Shown here piece by piece: positions 42,912 through 57,200 of a stretch of 64,000 nucleotides of DNA. The position numbers were made by a program, and so were the translations under genes. The notes under the pieces are model-generated. The model was not told the DNA's origin. It did not search any database and saw nothing but the letters and a program-made list of their open reading frames with translations. Numbering within the stretch: position 1 is the stretch's first letter; every line of letters begins with the position of its first letter. This stretch comes from Macrostomum lignano (Eukaryota), in the NCBI GenBank assembly GCA_002269645.1, contig NIVC01000020.1, positions 682,001 to 746,000 on the forward strand, read 5' to 3'.

Positions 42912-43449
42912 TATATCTTGACTGCACCATCGGGATACACCGATTTGTCTCTTGTTTGCTGGCTGCTGCTGTTTTTTAGTCACACTATGTTCATATTATG
43001 TCTATGGGCCAGTCGATTGTTTAGTTAGAACATAGTTTAGTTAGAACGGTAAACACTGTAGACGGAAGGAAGACGGGGACTTCCAATCATTCTCCATAGC
43101 CACAACCACAATTCCCACCCCACTAGTATATTCCGTGCACAAACCCAGCAAGCATGGCAGTGAGCAGCTCTTTAGGAATTTGGGTGGGGCCATTGCCCAT
43201 TTCCCTACTAGATCTCGTCCTCAATTCAAAGCGAGGCGCTCACCACACGCAAACGGAAAAAAAGCTTGTCTGACCCAAACCGGTCTGAACCGGATCCGCC
43301 TTTCCCTCACCCCTTACTTTCAATCTTGCGCACTTCCATGATTCACGGCTAGGCGTGACTTGGGCAAATTGGCCCGCCCCGAACTTGTACGCACAAACCA
43401 ATGTACAACTGTGTACATTCTTATCGGGCATTTCCCTTCCCCAACGCGC

Positions 43450-43493
43450 GTTGCCATAAACAACGGTGGAAAATTCTAGAATCGCGCTATAAA
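43450..43493 (+). promoter_or_regulatory. alpha-tubulin core promoter: RFX X-box / forkhead composite site and TATA box
   Basis: GTTGCCATAAACAAC at 43450-43464 (RFX half-site overlapping TAAACAA); TATAAA at 43488-43493; ATG 135 nt further downstream. Confidence 0.55.
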
Positions 43494-43627
43494 TTGAAGC
43501 CCACGCCCAGTGCGAGAGGCTCTGTATCGGCAAGCAGTCTCTTCTAGACAGCTAATTGCTCTATTTGCAAATTTGCAACTTTACTTTCTCTGCGATCTAC
43601 TTCTACTAAGGCTATTTAGCAGCAAAA

Positions 43628-45358
<1,731 letters not shown>

Positions 45359-45643
45359 GCTGCTGCTGCTGGCCTGCCCCGATTGCAGAGCTGTGAAGTT
45401 TTGATTCCCGAATGAACTCTGAAATTCCAACTGGACAAATCCCAGTAGTGATTGACAGCCGCGACCCCGTTGGGCCTTTCGGGCTGTTCTGATTGATGAC
45501 TCATCTGTGACAGAATTCCAGTGAGAATAAATTGATTAGAAAATCGATGGTGTAACATCAGGAATCGCTCAACACCTTTTTGAATCAATAATTCGTGGCT
45601 TTTTGAATTCACTTTTCATTATAACAAGTTGAAATTAATGCCC

Positions 45644-45657
45644 GTTGCCATGGATAC
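45644..45657. promoter_or_regulatory. Candidate palindromic RFX X-box downstream of alpha-tubulin
   Basis: GTTGCCATGGATAC fits the GTTNCCATGGNAAC-type consensus with 1 mismatch. Confidence 0.45.
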
Positions 45658-45667
45658 CCGTGGGGAA

Positions 45668-45745
45668 GGGCAGACCAGCTCAGCGGTAAGCGCCGTCTGA
45701 CTCTCGGCCCACACGACCCTGGTTCGATTCCGCATTCATTTGGGG
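45668..45745 (+). mobile_element. tRNA-derived SINE head
   Basis: A-box-like AGCTCAGCGGTA (from 45677) and B-box GGTTCGATTCC (45721-45731); acceptor stem does not close. Confidence 0.55.
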
Positions 45746-46674
45746 CTTGTGCCCGAGAATTCGGTCGCGTAATTCACACCCATGATCTAAACCTGAAAAT
45801 CCTGACGCTGTACCTAAAAATCATAAAAATGCATGGCACAGCTCGAATATTTGATTTTATGAATCTATTATCATCTCTGTTACACACAGCTACACAGTCA
45901 GCTAAGAATGATGAAATAGATTCATAAAACCACTGAACCGAGCTGTGCCATTTTAATAGGCACAGGAAATGTACAATTTTATGTATGTAGAATAAAAAAA
46001 TTGACATAGAATTCCTTATTTTCTAAACTAAAGGCTTTCTGAATATCAATAGAACTATAAGAAAGGCAAGGAATATCAAAAATGAACACTGGGTCTGCCT
46101 CCTATCGAAAGCAATAACAATTTTAATATGAAGAAACTGAAAAGTTCCAATCTCCATTAGTGTATTTTTCGGCGAAAAGCAGCCTCATTAACATTTTCTA
46201 AGAAATTGTAGTTTCCCGTTTTTCAGGGCTGTATTCCAATAGCCAGCTTTTACTTAGCAAGCCAAGCTTTCAGTCAATATTGCTATATTCCATGTGAAAG
46301 AAGAGATTCGAGCACAGGAAGTCACTGAATCGCATTTGACTTTGTGTCATGTTTATCTCAGCGAATACGTAGGCTAGCAAAATGAAAGTCGTGTGTTTGG
46401 CATTGCAAACTAGCTGTTATATGCAGAATCTGCGAAGAAATTTGCCAGTAATGATTGCAGCTGAAGGTTACATGTAAAACTGCGGTAGTTGCAGTGCCTG
46501 ACTTTTGCCAACCCGATATTGCCCTTGGAAACGTGTGAAAACATGCAGAATTAGCTGATAAGAACTTCAATAATTAAGGACGTCATGGACTTTCTATTCT
46601 ATGCAGAGTTGCGGCTTGTCTGACAGTAAATAAGGTAAATAATCGAATTCGCTGACAGACATCTTACATGTATG

Positions 46675-47206
46675 GCGTGGCAGAGCAGGGATCAGGAAGT
46701 GGCAGAGCAGGGATCAGGGAGTGGCAGAGCGGGGATCAGGAAGTGGCAGAGCAGGGATCAGGAAGTGGCAGAGCAGGGATCAGGGAGTGGCAGAGCGGGG
46801 ATCAGGGAGTGGCAGAGCAGGGATCAGGGAGTGGCAGAGCAGGGATCAGGGAGTGGCAGAGCAGGGATCAGGGAGTGGCAGAGCGGGGATCAGGGAGTGG
46901 CAGAGCAGGGATCAGGGAGTGGCAGAGCAGGGATCAGGGAGTGGCAGAGCGGGGATCAGGGAGTGGCAGAGCGGGGATCAGGGAGTGGCAGGTGCGGGGG
47001 ATCAGGGAGTGGCAGGTGCGGGGGATCAGGGAGTGGCAGGTGCGGGGGATCAGGGAGTGGCAGAGCAGGGATCAGGGAGTGGCAGAGCAGGGATCAGGGA
47101 GTGGCAGAGCGGGGATCAGGGAGTGGCAGAGCGGGGATCAGGGAGTGGCAGAGCGGGGATCAGGGAGTGGCAGAGCAGGGATCAGGGAGTGGCAGAGCGG
47201 GGATCA
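46675..47206. repeat. 22-bp minisatellite (gtggcagagcRgggatcaggga)
   Basis: Period 22; explains three repetitive ORFs. Confidence 0.95.
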
Positions 47207-47597
47207 AATCGACGAGCGTTACTCGGGTTGAAGCGTAGCAAAAAAGGCCAGGGAATCCAACGCAGTTCGTCCTCAAGCAGGTGTGCGGCACAGTTGCTCG
47301 AACTTTGAGAGCCGGGTAGTTTTTTACCATTACGGAATCTGCATGCAGACTTGAGCTGTTGCCTGGATCTTAAAATAAAAAATTAATAATAAGAATAAGC
47401 TGGTGAAGTACATTTTGTCTACAGTTTTGTAAATTGTAAATAAATAAATATTTTTTCTGGCAAAAGGCACTCTCGTGTACTTTTAATATTGATTAGCAAA
47501 CTGAAATGAATTTAATGTTTTTTTTTGTGGCTGCGTTTACGGAAAATTCTAAATAAAAATAAAAAATTTCAACAATGCTGTTCTGTACAGGAACGTT

Positions 47598-48386
47598 TTA
47601 TACTGTAAGTATAAGGTCCCTCTTGATGCCCACCAGGATCAGCGGCACCCTCGGGCAGAAGTGCCGCAGCTCGGGCGCCCACCTCGCGGCCACTCTATCC
47701 AGAGCGTCCGGTAAGTCTACAGCGAAGCACAGGAGGACCACATCGGTGTCGGGGTAGGAGAGCGGCCTCAGGCGGTCATATATTTCCATGCCGGCCGTGT
47801 CCCACAGCGCCAGGTCTACCTGTCAGGTAAAATTTGGTTGGCAGCTCATAGAATTGGTTGCATGTTTCGCAGCTCAGAACTGCTATCCTACGATGACAGG
47901 GCGAACATGACAGCAAGGTTAACTCATGCGGGTCCGACGATATTTGCCCGCGGGTGATTTTTCCGCCTGACCTGGATAGTTCCTTAAGGGGCGCCAGCTA
48001 CAGAGGAGGCGCCAGCTACAGAGGAGGCGCCAGCTACAGAAGGGGCGCCAGCTACAGAAGGGGCGCCAGCTACAGAAGGAGGCGCCAGCTACAGAAGGGG
48101 CGCCAGCTACAGAAGGGGCGCCAGCTACAGAAGGGGCGCCAGCTACAGAGGAGGCGCCAGCTCCAGATGGGACCCCAGCTAAAGAGGGGATGCCAGGTAC
48201 AACTCGTGGCTGCCTTATACTATTACCAATTCTCACCTGCTTCCCATCGACATGAAATTCTGTGACACAATTCTCGAACACAGCAGGCACGTAGATGTTG
48301 CAGCGCTTGCCGAACACCACCAGCAGACTAGTCTTGCTGCTGCTGTTGTCACCAACAATTACTAGCTTTTTTCTGATCACAGCCAT
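47598..48386 (-). CDS. Atypical, C-terminally truncated RhoA-like small GTPase (123 aa; possibly a pseudogene); exons 48386-48237 and 47819-47598
   Basis: [13 protein letters not shown]...YVPAVFEN...VDGKQ|[27 protein letters not shown]...[16 protein letters not shown]. Phase-0 intron after GKQ as in RHOA, with an 18-bp repeat (47989-48170) inside it. Confidence 0.75.
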
Positions 48387-48860
48387 TCAGTTATTGATTT
48401 AGTTTTGCTATTAAGCCTGAAAATTTCATTTGAAAAAAGTTTCACTTTAATCATATTTTGATGACCTAAGAAAAAAACAAAAAGAAGGAAAATACGCACG
48501 CAAAACAGTTTTTCCCCTTTTTGAAAAGTGGCTCTCTCTTTCCAACAGACATTTTTTCGGCTAATGTGTTTCAATCGAAGTTATATTTGAATATCTTTAC
48601 ATTTAAGTTCCTTAGTCTTCCATCACATGCTTTCAATGACATTACACCGCGCAGCGACATTCCGTGTGGCCTATTGAACTTTTCACGATGTTTTCATTTG
48701 CTTTAATGCGCAGCGGGGGTGACCATCATGCCATTGCCGAAGACTCCAGGAGGGCTCCAGGTGCAAGGAAGCCGCTTGGCGCTGCCGTGGGCGCACATAT
48801 GTTCACATAGTTGCCCCTTTGACCCTCACCGCTTCAGCCAGCCAGCAGCCGTCGGGCCAA

Positions 48861-50669
48861 TCACCGAGAAGCTAAGCGGCAAGAGCTGCTCCGGTGTTGG
48901 CGACGCCGTCGGTCAGAAAAGCCGGCGGCAGCCGCGTCAGCGGCAAGCAGAGCCGCAGGTCGCGGCCGGTAATGAGGGCGCGGTGCTGTTAGGCTGGCAG
49001 CAGGGAGGCGAGAAGGGCGTGGTCGCCCCGGTTCGCATGCGCAAAGTCGTTGAGTACGGTGTGAGCTCAGGACCGAGCATCTGGAAGGAGCGGCAGGCAG
49101 AGTTCCTGGTCCTGCGGCTGCCCCACGGCGGACTACAAGACTTTGAATAGCGACTCGAACGCCGGGTTCGCTGCCGACCAGGTGTGGAGGTTCATCAGGT
49201 GAAGCTACTCGGCGGGCACCGGCAAGATGAGAATCAGCACCGCCGCGGTTCATTCTGTTGCTGCTGTCCCCCTGCTGTTGCGGGCCGCCTGCAACGAAGC
49301 CGCTGGCTGTCTTTGAGCCATCAAAGCCACCGACATCTCCGCCGAAGTTGCCGGCAAATCGAGTGGCCGCGCTGTCGACTGACCCTTGCTTCTCGGTCTC
49401 CTCGGACAGCGGACTCCGGCAGCCGATGACGAGTTTGCCAAAGCCGATCGTCTCGATTGAAGCGGACGCGATCGTCAGCCCGCTCCCCTGCCGGCCGTCC
49501 GACTGAAGCAAGCGGAGGCGCCTGGCGCGGAGCTCAGCCACCGGCTGCAGCAGCAGGCGCAGGCAGCTACAGCAGGCGTAGCACAAGTGCCTGCCAGCAG
49601 CGGCAACTGCGCCAAGGCCCTGGCTGATCTGCAGCTTGTCGATGGCGGCGTGGAATGGCGCCGTTGGGCCGAGCCGGCTAGCGACGGCGGGAGATTCGGC
49701 GGCGAATCGGCGGGGTGCGACGACTCGCGCAGATGCCGTTGGGCGGAGGAGCAGCCGGTGGGAGGCGCAACGTTTCTTCACCGACCCCGGCAGGTCAGTG
49801 AGCTGGTGCAGGCCGCAGCTGCAGAGCTTCACGGATTCACGGCGCAGTTGCAGCGCAGCAGCTTCAGCAACCTGCGGAAGCTGGGGAGCCGCGGGCAGCT
49901 GCAGCGCCAAGCAGCAGTGCAGCGGCGGCTGCGGCGGACGCTGGTGACAAAGCAGCGACTGCACCGGAGGCCGGTGCTGCGTGGCAAACCAGCTGGCCAG
50001 GTTAGCGCCCAGGATGGCGCAGCCGATGACCGGGCGCTGGCCCTGGCAGCAGCGCGCTTGGCCCCGCCTCGGCAGCCGAGAATGTTCAGCAGCGCAGCTT
50101 GGCCACTCAGCTTTTGCCAGGCAGAGGGCCAGTAAGCAGTCTCGAGGCGCACGGCTCTCGGGTCGGGTCTCGTGGAACGCCGGCAACTCCTCGCTTTCCG
50201 GGCCGCCGGCCTTTACCGGCACGACGCAAGCGGAGCTCCAGGAAGTCGCGGAGCTGCCGCCGGCCTGGCTGAGTCGCAGGCTGGCAGTCGAGGTGGCCGC
50301 GGTGCCACCCCGGTCCGTCAGCGGCAGCTGCAAGCACAAGCTGAAATGCCGACGGCTCCGCGACTTCTGCCTGGTCACCAGGAGCTCGACGCAGATTTCG
50401 ATGCCGCGATTGTCTTCGGATTGGCTCAGCCCGCGTCGGCGATGCCGGTGTCTTGGTAACGGCGGGTGCCTCTGGGCGTCACCCCGCTGCAGGAGGCAGA
50501 GGCTGAGCAGCTGGCGCTCGCGCAGCCGCCGGGAGATGCTCCGTGATCTCCGAGTCACGGACGAGGCAGCTTTCGTGTGGCTCTGGTGCCGCCTTACTCG
50601 GCTGCCTCGGTGCGGGACCTCGCCGCGCCAGCCCGGCATGAGCAGCTGCTCCATGCTTCCCTGCCACAT
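48861..50669 (-). CDS. Uncharacterised single-exon 602-aa protein (Leu/Ser/Arg/Cys-rich)
   Basis: ATG-started 1809-nt stop-free frame spanning a discrete GC-rich island; opposite-strand frames are broken into pieces of 258 aa or less; no domain recognised. Confidence 0.5.
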   Translation of the reverse strand: MWQGSMEQLLMPGWRGEVPHRGSRVRRHQSHTKAASSVTRRSRSISRRLRERQLLSLCLLQRGDAQRHPPLPRHRHRRRGLSQSEDNRGIEICVELLVTRQKSRSRRHFSLCLQLPLTDRGGTAATSTASLRLSQAGGSSATSWSSACVVPVKAGGPESEELPAFHETRPESRAPRDCLLALCLAKAEWPSCAAEHSRLPRRGQARCCQGQRPVIGCAILGANLASWFATQHRPPVQSLLCHQRPPQPPLHCCLALQLPAAPQLPQVAEAAALQLRRESVKLCSCGLHQLTDLPGSVKKRCASHRLLLRPTASARVVAPRRFAAESPAVASRLGPTAPFHAAIDKLQISQGLGAVAAAGRHLCYACCSCLRLLLQPVAELRARRLRLLQSDGRQGSGLTIASASIETIGFGKLVIGCRSPLSEETEKQGSVDSAATRFAGNFGGDVGGFDGSKTASGFVAGGPQQQGDSSNRMNRGGADSHLAGARRVASPDEPPHLVGSEPGVRVAIQSLVVRRGAAAGPGTLPAAPSRCSVLSSHRTQRLCACEPGRPRPSRLPAASLTAPRPHYRPRPAALLAADAAAAGFSDRRRRQHRSSSCRLASR

Positions 50670-50873
50670 GCTGGCTTGCAGCGATCAAGTGAGCTTCGAT
50701 TCGAGTCTTGAGCTGAGCAGAATTAAGTCTTCAATTGTAAAGTGCCGTACTAGCTAGTGCACACCAAGATGGTTCTGGGCCTAAATTTAGCCCCTGGTCT
50801 ATGGCGGCAGGAACAAATTAAGGTGGCAGTTGGTTTTCTAAAGTGTCTAAAAAATTAGAAGTTGGATGCATAT

Positions 50874-51810
50874 CAACAGCAACAAACTACAGCAACCCTG
50901 GGCAAGCCAATTAAGTTGGGTTGCTGTCAAAATGCGCGCGCAAGCACAGATTTGCGCAGAGCAGCGAGTCCGCGGGGGTCGGAGATTTCAGCGTCTCTTA
51001 AAAGCAGGTCGACGAAACGCAGACTTCTCGCCTGACCAAGCCGCCGCGGCCCTTGAAGGGATAGCAGCAGCACGTCTTGAAGCGGCTCAGGGCAGTACTG
51101 CTCTGTCCGGATGACGTGGCCGGCCAGCTGTAGGCGCCGGATGTGCAGCAGCTGGCTGGGTCGGGAGAGCTGGGCCCGTCGGTATAACTCGTCATTGCTG
51201 GTGTTGGTGGTGGCGGTCGGCGAAAAGTGGACACCGAAGGCGGCTCTCAGGAGTCCAGCGTGAGCGGCGTCGAGTTGCCGCTCCTGCGGGCCGGTCAGTG
51301 TCCACGTTTCAGCGTTGTAAAGGAGGACGGTTTCAATGACGGCCTGGAACAGTCGCCCTCTCAGCCGATCCGGCAGCGCGGGGCTCTGCAGGACAGTCCG
51401 CACGGTGCGGAATGCACCCCACGCAAGCACCCTGCGCCGTGCCATGTCCTCCGTGATGCTTGGCACCAGACCGCCGAAGTAGACGAACTCTTTGCAGCGG
51501 GGCAGCAACGCCACCTGCCCGTTCGTGCAGCGGCAGTAGATCTCAGTCCGATCGCAGCGGCCGCGCCGCCGTCAGCTGGTCTAGCAGGCGTTGAGCTCCT
51601 TCAGCTGTGCTAGGCAGCAGCGCTAGATCGTCTGCGTACGCTAGGACGGAGTCGCTTCTCGGGGTGCCGCCTGCTTGTTCTGCGGCAGAGCAGGAATCCT
51701 TTGGAGTCGTCATGGAGGCCAGTGCGCAGTACCCAGTGCAGGACCAGAAATCACAGAAAAGGAGAGCCAAAGTGTCCCCTTGGAGAACGCCGGAAGACGT
51801 GTCGAAGAAG
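50874..51810 (-). mobile_element. 5'-truncated, frameshifted RTE-clade LINE (RT C-terminal half)
   Basis: FFDTSSGVLQGDTL, LAYADDLALL, FVYFGG, RLFQAVIETVLLYNAETWTLT; (TTG)-like 3' tail shared with the copy at 12971. Confidence 0.9.
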
Positions 51811-51879
51811 ACACAAAAATACTGCTAGTGGTCCTAGGTGACTAGGGAAGTTTCAACAAAATTGCAAGCCCTTCTATCC

Positions 51880-52130
51880 AGGAATGGAGGAATAACATGG
51901 ATTGCTCATCTGAAATAATTAATGGTCAATTTGACTGATAAAAGTAAAAAAATAATTCCCAGTAGGATTTGATTCGCTGGTGAGCTGCTGGGAATCCAAG
52001 AATGCATCTCCAAAACAATTCAAATCCTACGGGGGATTATCTAGATATTTTTAACTTTCATCAACCAATAGTTTACTACGGGTATAAATTTCAAGTTCAG
52101 ATGAGCAATCCATGTTATTCCTTCATCCAT
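51880..52130. repeat. Small foldback element
   Basis: atggaggaataacatggattgctcatctgaa versus ttcagatgagcaatccatgttattccttcatccat inverted repeats. Confidence 0.55.
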
Positions 52131-52138
52131 GCTTCTAT

Positions 52139-52995
52139 CAAGGACCACTAGAAGAAGGACGGGACACTTCGTTTCTTGGAAAATTTATTAAAGGCTGCTT
52201 TTCACGGAAAAATGCACTAGCGAGATAGGAACTTTTCACTTTTTTCACTTTAAAATGGTGATAGCTTTTTATTGGAAGCAGATACAAAGCTCTTCTTTTG
52301 ATATAACTTACAAAACATGTTGCTTCGACGGATTTTATAAATATTTTTTTACAATTAATTGATCTTCATATTATATATTTTAGTTACTAGCTATATCATG
52401 CAGCAATTATAGCTTAAAGCTAACTAGTGACTAACTTGAATTTTACAATATCTTTTTGATTGAAAGCATCTATTTATTAGCAATTTATTAGTAAATATCA
52501 TTAAAAAACAGTTGGCTATAATTATATTCATAGCTAGTATAGCTAAGGTATAGCTACGTAATTAAATACTTATTTTATATGAAAAGTATAAAACTAAAAT
52601 GAATAAGCAGTGAATTGGGCATATAATTATAGCCAACTGTTTTTAAATGATATATTGCTAATAAATAGATGCTTTCAATCAAAAAGATATTGTAAAATTC
52701 AAGTTAGTCACTAGTTAGCTTTAAACTATAATTGCTGCATGATATAGCTAGTAACTAAAATAATATGAAGATCAATTAATTGTAAAAAAATATTTATAAA
52801 ATCCGTTGAAGCAACATGTTTTGTAAGTTTTATCAAAAGAAGAGCTTTGTATCTGCTTCCAATAAAAAGCTATCACCATTTTAAAGTGAAAAAAGTGAAA
52901 AGTTCCTATCTCGCTAGTGCATTTTTCCGTGAAAATCAGCCTTTAATAAATTTTCCAAGAAACGAAGTGTCCCGTCCTTCTTCTAGTGGTCCTTG
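52139..52995. mobile_element. Second P-like foldback element (CAAGGACCACTAG termini)
   Basis: Inverted arms of roughly 380-390 bp; exact 8-bp TSD gcttctat (52131-52138 and 52996-53003); no ORF. Confidence 0.88.
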
Positions 52996-53109
52996 GCTTC
53001 TATCTGGTGCATTAGTCCTATGTGGTGTGGAGTGTGTTTAGACAAGATAGTTTATGGTAAAACCAATACGACGTCTAAAGTAAAGCACGTACGATGTCCA
53101 TGGTAAAGC

Positions 53110-53250
53110 CAAGGACCACTAGCAGTATATCAGGACGGTAAACTCTCATAGATCGTGTGATTTTTTGGAGGCTGATTTCCGGCAAAAATACATATCACAA
53201 AACCAATGATTGCATTTGATTTAGTTTTGTAAAGATTACCTTTTTTAATC
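53110..53250 (+). mobile_element. Left end of a third P-like element (truncated)
   Basis: caaggaccactagcagtatatcaggacggtaaactc...gattttttggaggc aligns with the TIR at 9582; no matching right end downstream. Confidence 0.65.
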
Positions 53251-54226
53251 AAGCATGCTTAAAAATGTTACTCTGCTGTATTTTATATAGAAATAAATAG
53301 TTCTAGCCTATAGAGGCCCAGTAAAAATAGTCAGGGCCTATTTTTGTTTTGTGACTTAAGCTAGGTCTGGCTTAAAAACTGATATAAATTTCTAAAGACA
53401 ATGGTCAACAACAATATAAAAAATTATATTGGTAACCATTGACTATAGTGGCAACAACCGGTGTAAAGTGTAAACAAATCTTATTGTTGATTCAGCTTCA
53501 CTGCCTGACGCCCCAAAGTCTCTGCACAGGAAGTTAAAGTTGCATGATTGAGATCGAGCGGCTGCGAAAAAAGCCAAACTCAGAGAACTCAGCAAAACTG
53601 ATTTTTTGTTTTTGTCCGAACAGCTGAAACACAAGAAGAGTCATCTCAGAGCCGGAAGAAAAAGCAAAAATGTTACAGTTTTTGGCACGGAGTTCCGTCA
53701 GTCAGTAGTTTATTTACTAAGGCGGCAAGCGCGAGATTACAAAAAAAGTGAATTTCGAAGTTCACTGAGGTCGGACTGGGAAAGAGTTTGGGGAGGCAGA
53801 AAAAAAGCAAAAAAGGAACGGATGAGAGCAGCGCATGGATACGGTACATTATAGTAGTATAGTATAATATTATTACATACTGTAGGGCTGACAACACCGA
53901 TTTGCACTAGGAATAGATCTGGCTAGACTGCGCCACTCGCCACAGCTTTCACGACCGACTCACTCACAGCCCAGCTTCACAGACAGCTGCTGCGATTCAC
54001 GACCTATTCACAATTCACCCGTGACAGACACCATGGCATGATAGACACCAAAGTTCACAGAACACCCATTCACAGATTCTTTAATCACTGAGTACCCATT
54101 CACAGATTCTTTAATCACAGAGTAGCCATTCACAGATTCTTTAATCACAGAGTAGCCATTCACAGATTCTGATTCACAGAGTACTCATTCACAAACAGCT
54201 CCCAAGGAGAAGCGGATTGTCCCAGG

Positions 54227-57200
54227 TCAGCTGTCTGCCAGCTCCGCCCCAACCAGGATGCCCTCCCGCTCGAGCACCTCCTTCACAATCTGGAAGTTGT
54301 CGGTCCGCGTGTTGGCGATGCGGCTGCTGAGCTCCCTGGCGGGCGTCAGCGTGGCCTGTCAGCAGAATAATGGACAAAATGCGCTGGTCATACTACTGAC
54401 AGTAAAATGATGAGTATTAGGTGGATACGGATAAGCCGTGTGAAAACTAAATATACAAACTAAATTCATTCATAATGGTAGTCCATTAGCTACCCTCCCC
54501 TGTCCATTAGCTATCCTCCCCTGTCCATTACTACCCTCTCTTGTCCATTAGCTACCCTCCCCTGTCCATTAGCTATCCTCCCCTGTCCATTACTACCCTC
54601 TCTTGTCCATTAGCTACCCTCCCCTGTCCATTAGCTATCCTCCCCTGTCCATTACTACCCTCTCTTGTCCATTAGCTACCCTCCCCTGTCCATTAGCTAC
54701 CCTCCCTTGTCCATTAGCTACCCTCCCCTGTCCATTAGCTACCCTCCCCTGTCCATTAGCTACCCTCCCCTGTCCATTAGCTACCCTCCCCTGTCCATTA
54801 GCTACCCTCCCCTGTCCATTAGCTACACTCCCTTGTCCATTAGCTACCCTCCCATGTCCATTAGCTACCCTCCCATGTCCATTAGCTACCCTCCCATGTC
54901 CATTAGCTACCCTCCCTTGTCCATTAGCTACCCTCCCCTGTCCATTAGCTATCCTCCCCTGTCCATTAGCTATCCTCCCCTGTCCATTAGCTATCCTCCC
55001 CTGTCCATTAGCTACCCTCCCTTGTCCATTAGCTACCCTCCCCTGTCCATTAGCTACCCCCCTCCCCTGTCCATTAGCTACCCTCCCCTGTCCATTAGCT
55101 ATCCTCCCCTGTCCATTAGCTATCCTCCCCTGTCCATTAGCTACCCTCCCCTGTCCATTACCTATCCTCCCCTGTCCATTAGCTACCCTCCCCTGTCCAT
55201 TAGCTACCCTCCCCTGTCCATTAGCTACCCTCCCCCTCCCCTGTCCATTAGCTACCCTCCCCCTCCCCTGTGCATTAGCTACCCTCCCCCTCCCCTGTCC
55301 ATTAGCTACCCTCCCCTGTCCATTAGCTACCCCCCTTCCCTGTCCATTAGCTACCCTCCCCTGTCCATTAGCTACCCCCCTTCCCTGTCCATTAGCTACC
55401 CTCCCCCCTCCCCTGTCCATTAGCTACCCTCCCCCTCCCCTGTCCATTAGCTACCCTCCCCTGTCCATTAGCTACCCCCCTTCCCTGTCCATTAGCTACC
55501 CTCCCCCCTCCCCTGTCCATTAGCTACCCTCCCCTGCCATTATCCAAGCCCACCAGGCTACTAACAGTAGTCTGTCCTGAAAACCACCCGCAGCCAAGAC
55601 TTACGCGCCTCCGCTCCAGGCTGGACGACAAGGCGAGGTCAAACGAGGGCACGCTGGAAGACTGGCTGGAGTTGGAGGTGCTGAAATTGCGAATTGGTGG
55701 GGAGGGGGGCGCAAAGGTCAGGCGTTTATTGAAATTGGAAGGCTTGAGAGACACCTGGCGGACTTGGCAACGACGCCAATCGTCCCAGGCCCGACTGGAA
55801 ACGCGGGCCAGCAGCACTGAAGAATAAAGCAGTGCATGCGCTGGCGAGGGCCTCTTTAATTACATTTTAGTGCGCTGTTCACTCACTCACTTTTCAAACC
55901 TATTCACCCACATGCTTTTAGTGGCATTGGCTGCTATTTAATAGCACACACTCCCACCTGTATTCACACCCACCTCTGCATTCACAGCACCTCTGCATTC
56001 ACAACCACATATCTGCATTCACACCCACCTCTGCATTCACAACCACATATCTGCATTCACACCCACCTCTGCATTCACAACCACATATCTGCATTCACAC
56101 CCACCTCTGCATTCACAACCACATATCTGCATTCACACCCACATATCTGCATTCACACCCACCTCTGCATTCACACCCACATATCTGCATTCACACCCAC
56201 ATATCTGCATTCACACCCACATATCTGCATTCACACCCACATATCTGCATTCACACCCACATATCTGCATTCACAACCACATATCTGCATTCACACCCAC
56301 ATATCTGCATTCACACCTATCTCTGCATTCACAACCACATATCTGCATTCACACCCACCTCTGCATTCACACCCACATATCTGCATTCACACCCACACAT
56401 CTGCATTCACACCCACACATCTGCATTCACACCCACACATCTGCATTCACACCCACATATCTGCATTCACACCCACACATCTGCATTCACACCCACACAT
56501 CTGCATTCACACCCACATATCTGCATTCAAACCCACTTTGCGTTAACATTCACACCCACATATCTGCATTCACACCAAACCAAATATATCATATTATCAG
56601 AAAAGCCAGAATTGTACTTTAAAGCCTGCAGTCGGTAAACATTGCTAAATAAAATTACACCTAATGCGTGTGCAATACACAGCTCTGCATGGAATGCTTT
56701 AGTAAAGAAAAGTACGCAGAAAGGTGAAAGCCCACCTGCGCTACCTCACTCTGGCATTGCACGCGCTGGCAGAGCCTTGCCCCCACTACAAAACACACAG
56801 CTTAGCGGCCACCCTCACTCCCCTGTTTGCCAAGTCAGCCGGGGGCTTCCTCACGCGGGGACCGCCTTCCTATTATTTTCATATTTTTCCTGTCGGTTGC
56901 CGCTGGCTTGCGGCCAGATCGATCTAGCGGGAGAGGGGGCGGTCAGTCAGCCATGCGGAGGCGCCATTGATCTCAGGGCAGCGCGTGGAACCGGTCGGGA
57001 AAGTCAATGGGAAACTGGCTGGGGGTTTCCAGTCAGAAGGGTGACACAGGGAACTTTAATCTTGTGACAGCCAGTGAAAGCAGCGGGGCTATGCCTGCAC
57101 TGGGGAACTGAGTTTTGGCTGGCTGCTCAGCCTGAGGATCTGGGAGGCTGGCTGCTCAGCCTGAGGATCTGGGAGACTGGCTTTTTCGCTTGAGGATCTG

